A stretch of 64,000 bases of DNA. It comes from Torpedo marmorata (Eukaryota). The stretch covers positions 204,848,001 through 204,912,000 of the forward strand of contig OZ360221.1 of the NCBI GenBank assembly GCA_977017645.1, in the 5' to 3' direction. How positions within the stretch are numbered: the first letter of the stretch is position 1; the number at the start of each line of letters is the position of its first letter. The notes under the pieces were generated by a model. The model was not told where the DNA came from. It ran no database searches and saw nothing but the letters and a program-made list of their open reading frames with translations. Below are positions 62,413-64,000 of this stretch, one piece after another. A program made the position numbers and the translations under genes.

Positions 62413-64000
62413 GGTTCTATTCTTAGCAGATAGTGCATGGCAACAGACAAATAGTATTCCATTGAATACTACCATAGCTTACTTTTGGTGTAAAATAACT
62501 AGAATTTTCTTTTTGTAAAGGTTTTGGCTTCTCTAGTTCAAATCTTTGTATTTTGGACCTTTCTAATCAGTAAAAAAGCAGAAATGGTAAATGAATGGAT
62601 TTCAGTCTCTGGTAGTAAATTCAAACGATGAATACTGCAGAAGTCCCCTAATTACAACTCCGAAGAGCCTTCATGTTTAATCACATGCAAGCTTTTGAAT
62701 TAGATTATGATTTCAAATTTCCCAAAATAGCATAAATTCAGATGATTTGTTTCATTTATCTTGGGATGAGTTCCAGTTAATATTCAATATGTACATATAT
62801 CTTGTTTTATGAGCTGGTAAGAAGCAACAAGAACCCAATAATGATGTCCAGGATTTTTTCTGGTGTTCTTCCTTCCTGGCACCATGTTGTGATTCAGCAG
62901 TAGTTGGTGTGGTTTGGCCTCAGGATTTCAATGGAGATAAAATAAATCTCTAAACACAAGATGTTTATTGGAACTTGAGTGGAATGTCCACTGGAGACAT
63001 GATTAGGCTTGTGTTATAGTGAGCTTTAGAATGAGGCATCTTGCTGACCTGCTCTAGAAATAATTGAACCCCCAAGTTAATTTGTTTAAAAGGGCCTCTG
63101 CCATCTAAAACAAATAAATCGCATGCTATTTCAATGTCGGTGAAAATTTGAAACTGCATTGTCTGCTTAATCATGTAGGGAAATTGAATATCTAAGACAA
63201 AATTGTATCATCTTGGAGATTGCTAATGGCTGTAGGTGTATATTTTTTGTGAGATGTCAGCAGTTGTTCATTTCCAAAAATGCCAAAAATCTTCTGACTC
63301 CCATGGAAGCATTGCAAATACAGAAGGTCCTGAACATCCTGAGAAGTGCTGACTGGTGATTTCCAACTGTGCCCTCTTGGATACCTTGTGGGGCCGACTG
63401 ATTGAGTACCGACATCTTGCGTTGGAAAATTTACCAACTTAACCTGAGACCCTATTGATTTTTTAATTGGATGATTTGCCATTTTTTGACCACCATTTAA
63501 CAAATAATAGATATCAGTAGCAAAGGAAAATTCTCTCAAATCTCAAAGGTTTGGGAGCTTTATCATTTTTCATATTATGGAATGTTATTAACGTAACCAT
63601 TTTAATTTTTGGAATGAGAAACACAAGAATTTAGAGCAGAGAAATCACTATTTGGCAGATCAAATCTAGAGTATTCTTTGTCTTAAAGGTTTATGCTTTT
63701 CACTTTGGTTGTCTTCGATTGGAACGTGTTCGGAATATGATTGACATTAATATTAACTTAAATATTGAATTATTATTGTCACGTACCGAAATACAGTTTA
63801 AAAAAAAAACAAAAACAAAAAAAACTGCCATGTATTCATCACTCGCTTTGGTCACTGGTAGCAAGGATAAAATACTGGATTTATAGTCTACCCATTTTGC
63901 GAGTGAACATTGATTCAATTTTGAAAATGGAATCATTGGCATATTGAAAAATGAGGAAAGTAAACCACATCAGAGTAAAATACAGATAAGGATGGGCCGG

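Noticed and set aside
62965-63539. Two minus-strand ORFs as a possible viral or host gene
   Set aside because: No recognisable motif or splice structure; left unassigned.
42741-64000. DTNBP1 exon 4 (YEDTWAALH-like)
   Set aside because: Not found by eye; it probably lies beyond the window.

Overview
Eukaryotic, repeat-saturated vertebrate DNA; the CR1, Rex1, L1, Penelope and V-SINE mix suggests a cartilaginous fish (inference). One host gene is present: the 5' end of DTNBP1 (dysbindin-1) on the + strand. It has a CpG-island promoter and coding exons 1-3 at 11604-11659, 14988-15038 and 42690-42740; exon 4 was not found. Most of the rest is nested transposable elements: CR1, L1-like and Rex1-like LINEs (one with an open 1049-aa EN-RT frame), two class I ERV remnants, two Ty3/Gypsy elements (one Gmr1-type), two copies of a non-autonomous BEL/Pao family, a pogo (POGK-type) transposon, MITEs and V-SINEs. 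The most interesting signals involve gene capture by TEs. (1) The BEL/Pao family has lost RT/RNaseH/integrase and instead carries an intronless MIPOL1-like coiled-coil segment, with a SAP-like motif ahead of Gag. (2) Pogo-family non-autonomous elements carry promoter/first-exon cargo, including a recognisable MASTL/Greatwall exon 1. (3) An ERV LTR with both PPT and PBS abuts the DTNBP1 promoter. (4) Probable TA-CCG(G)-TA pogo excision footprints occur in older elements. Protein family calls come from recalled motifs and sequences, not from searches, and many TE boundaries are approximate.
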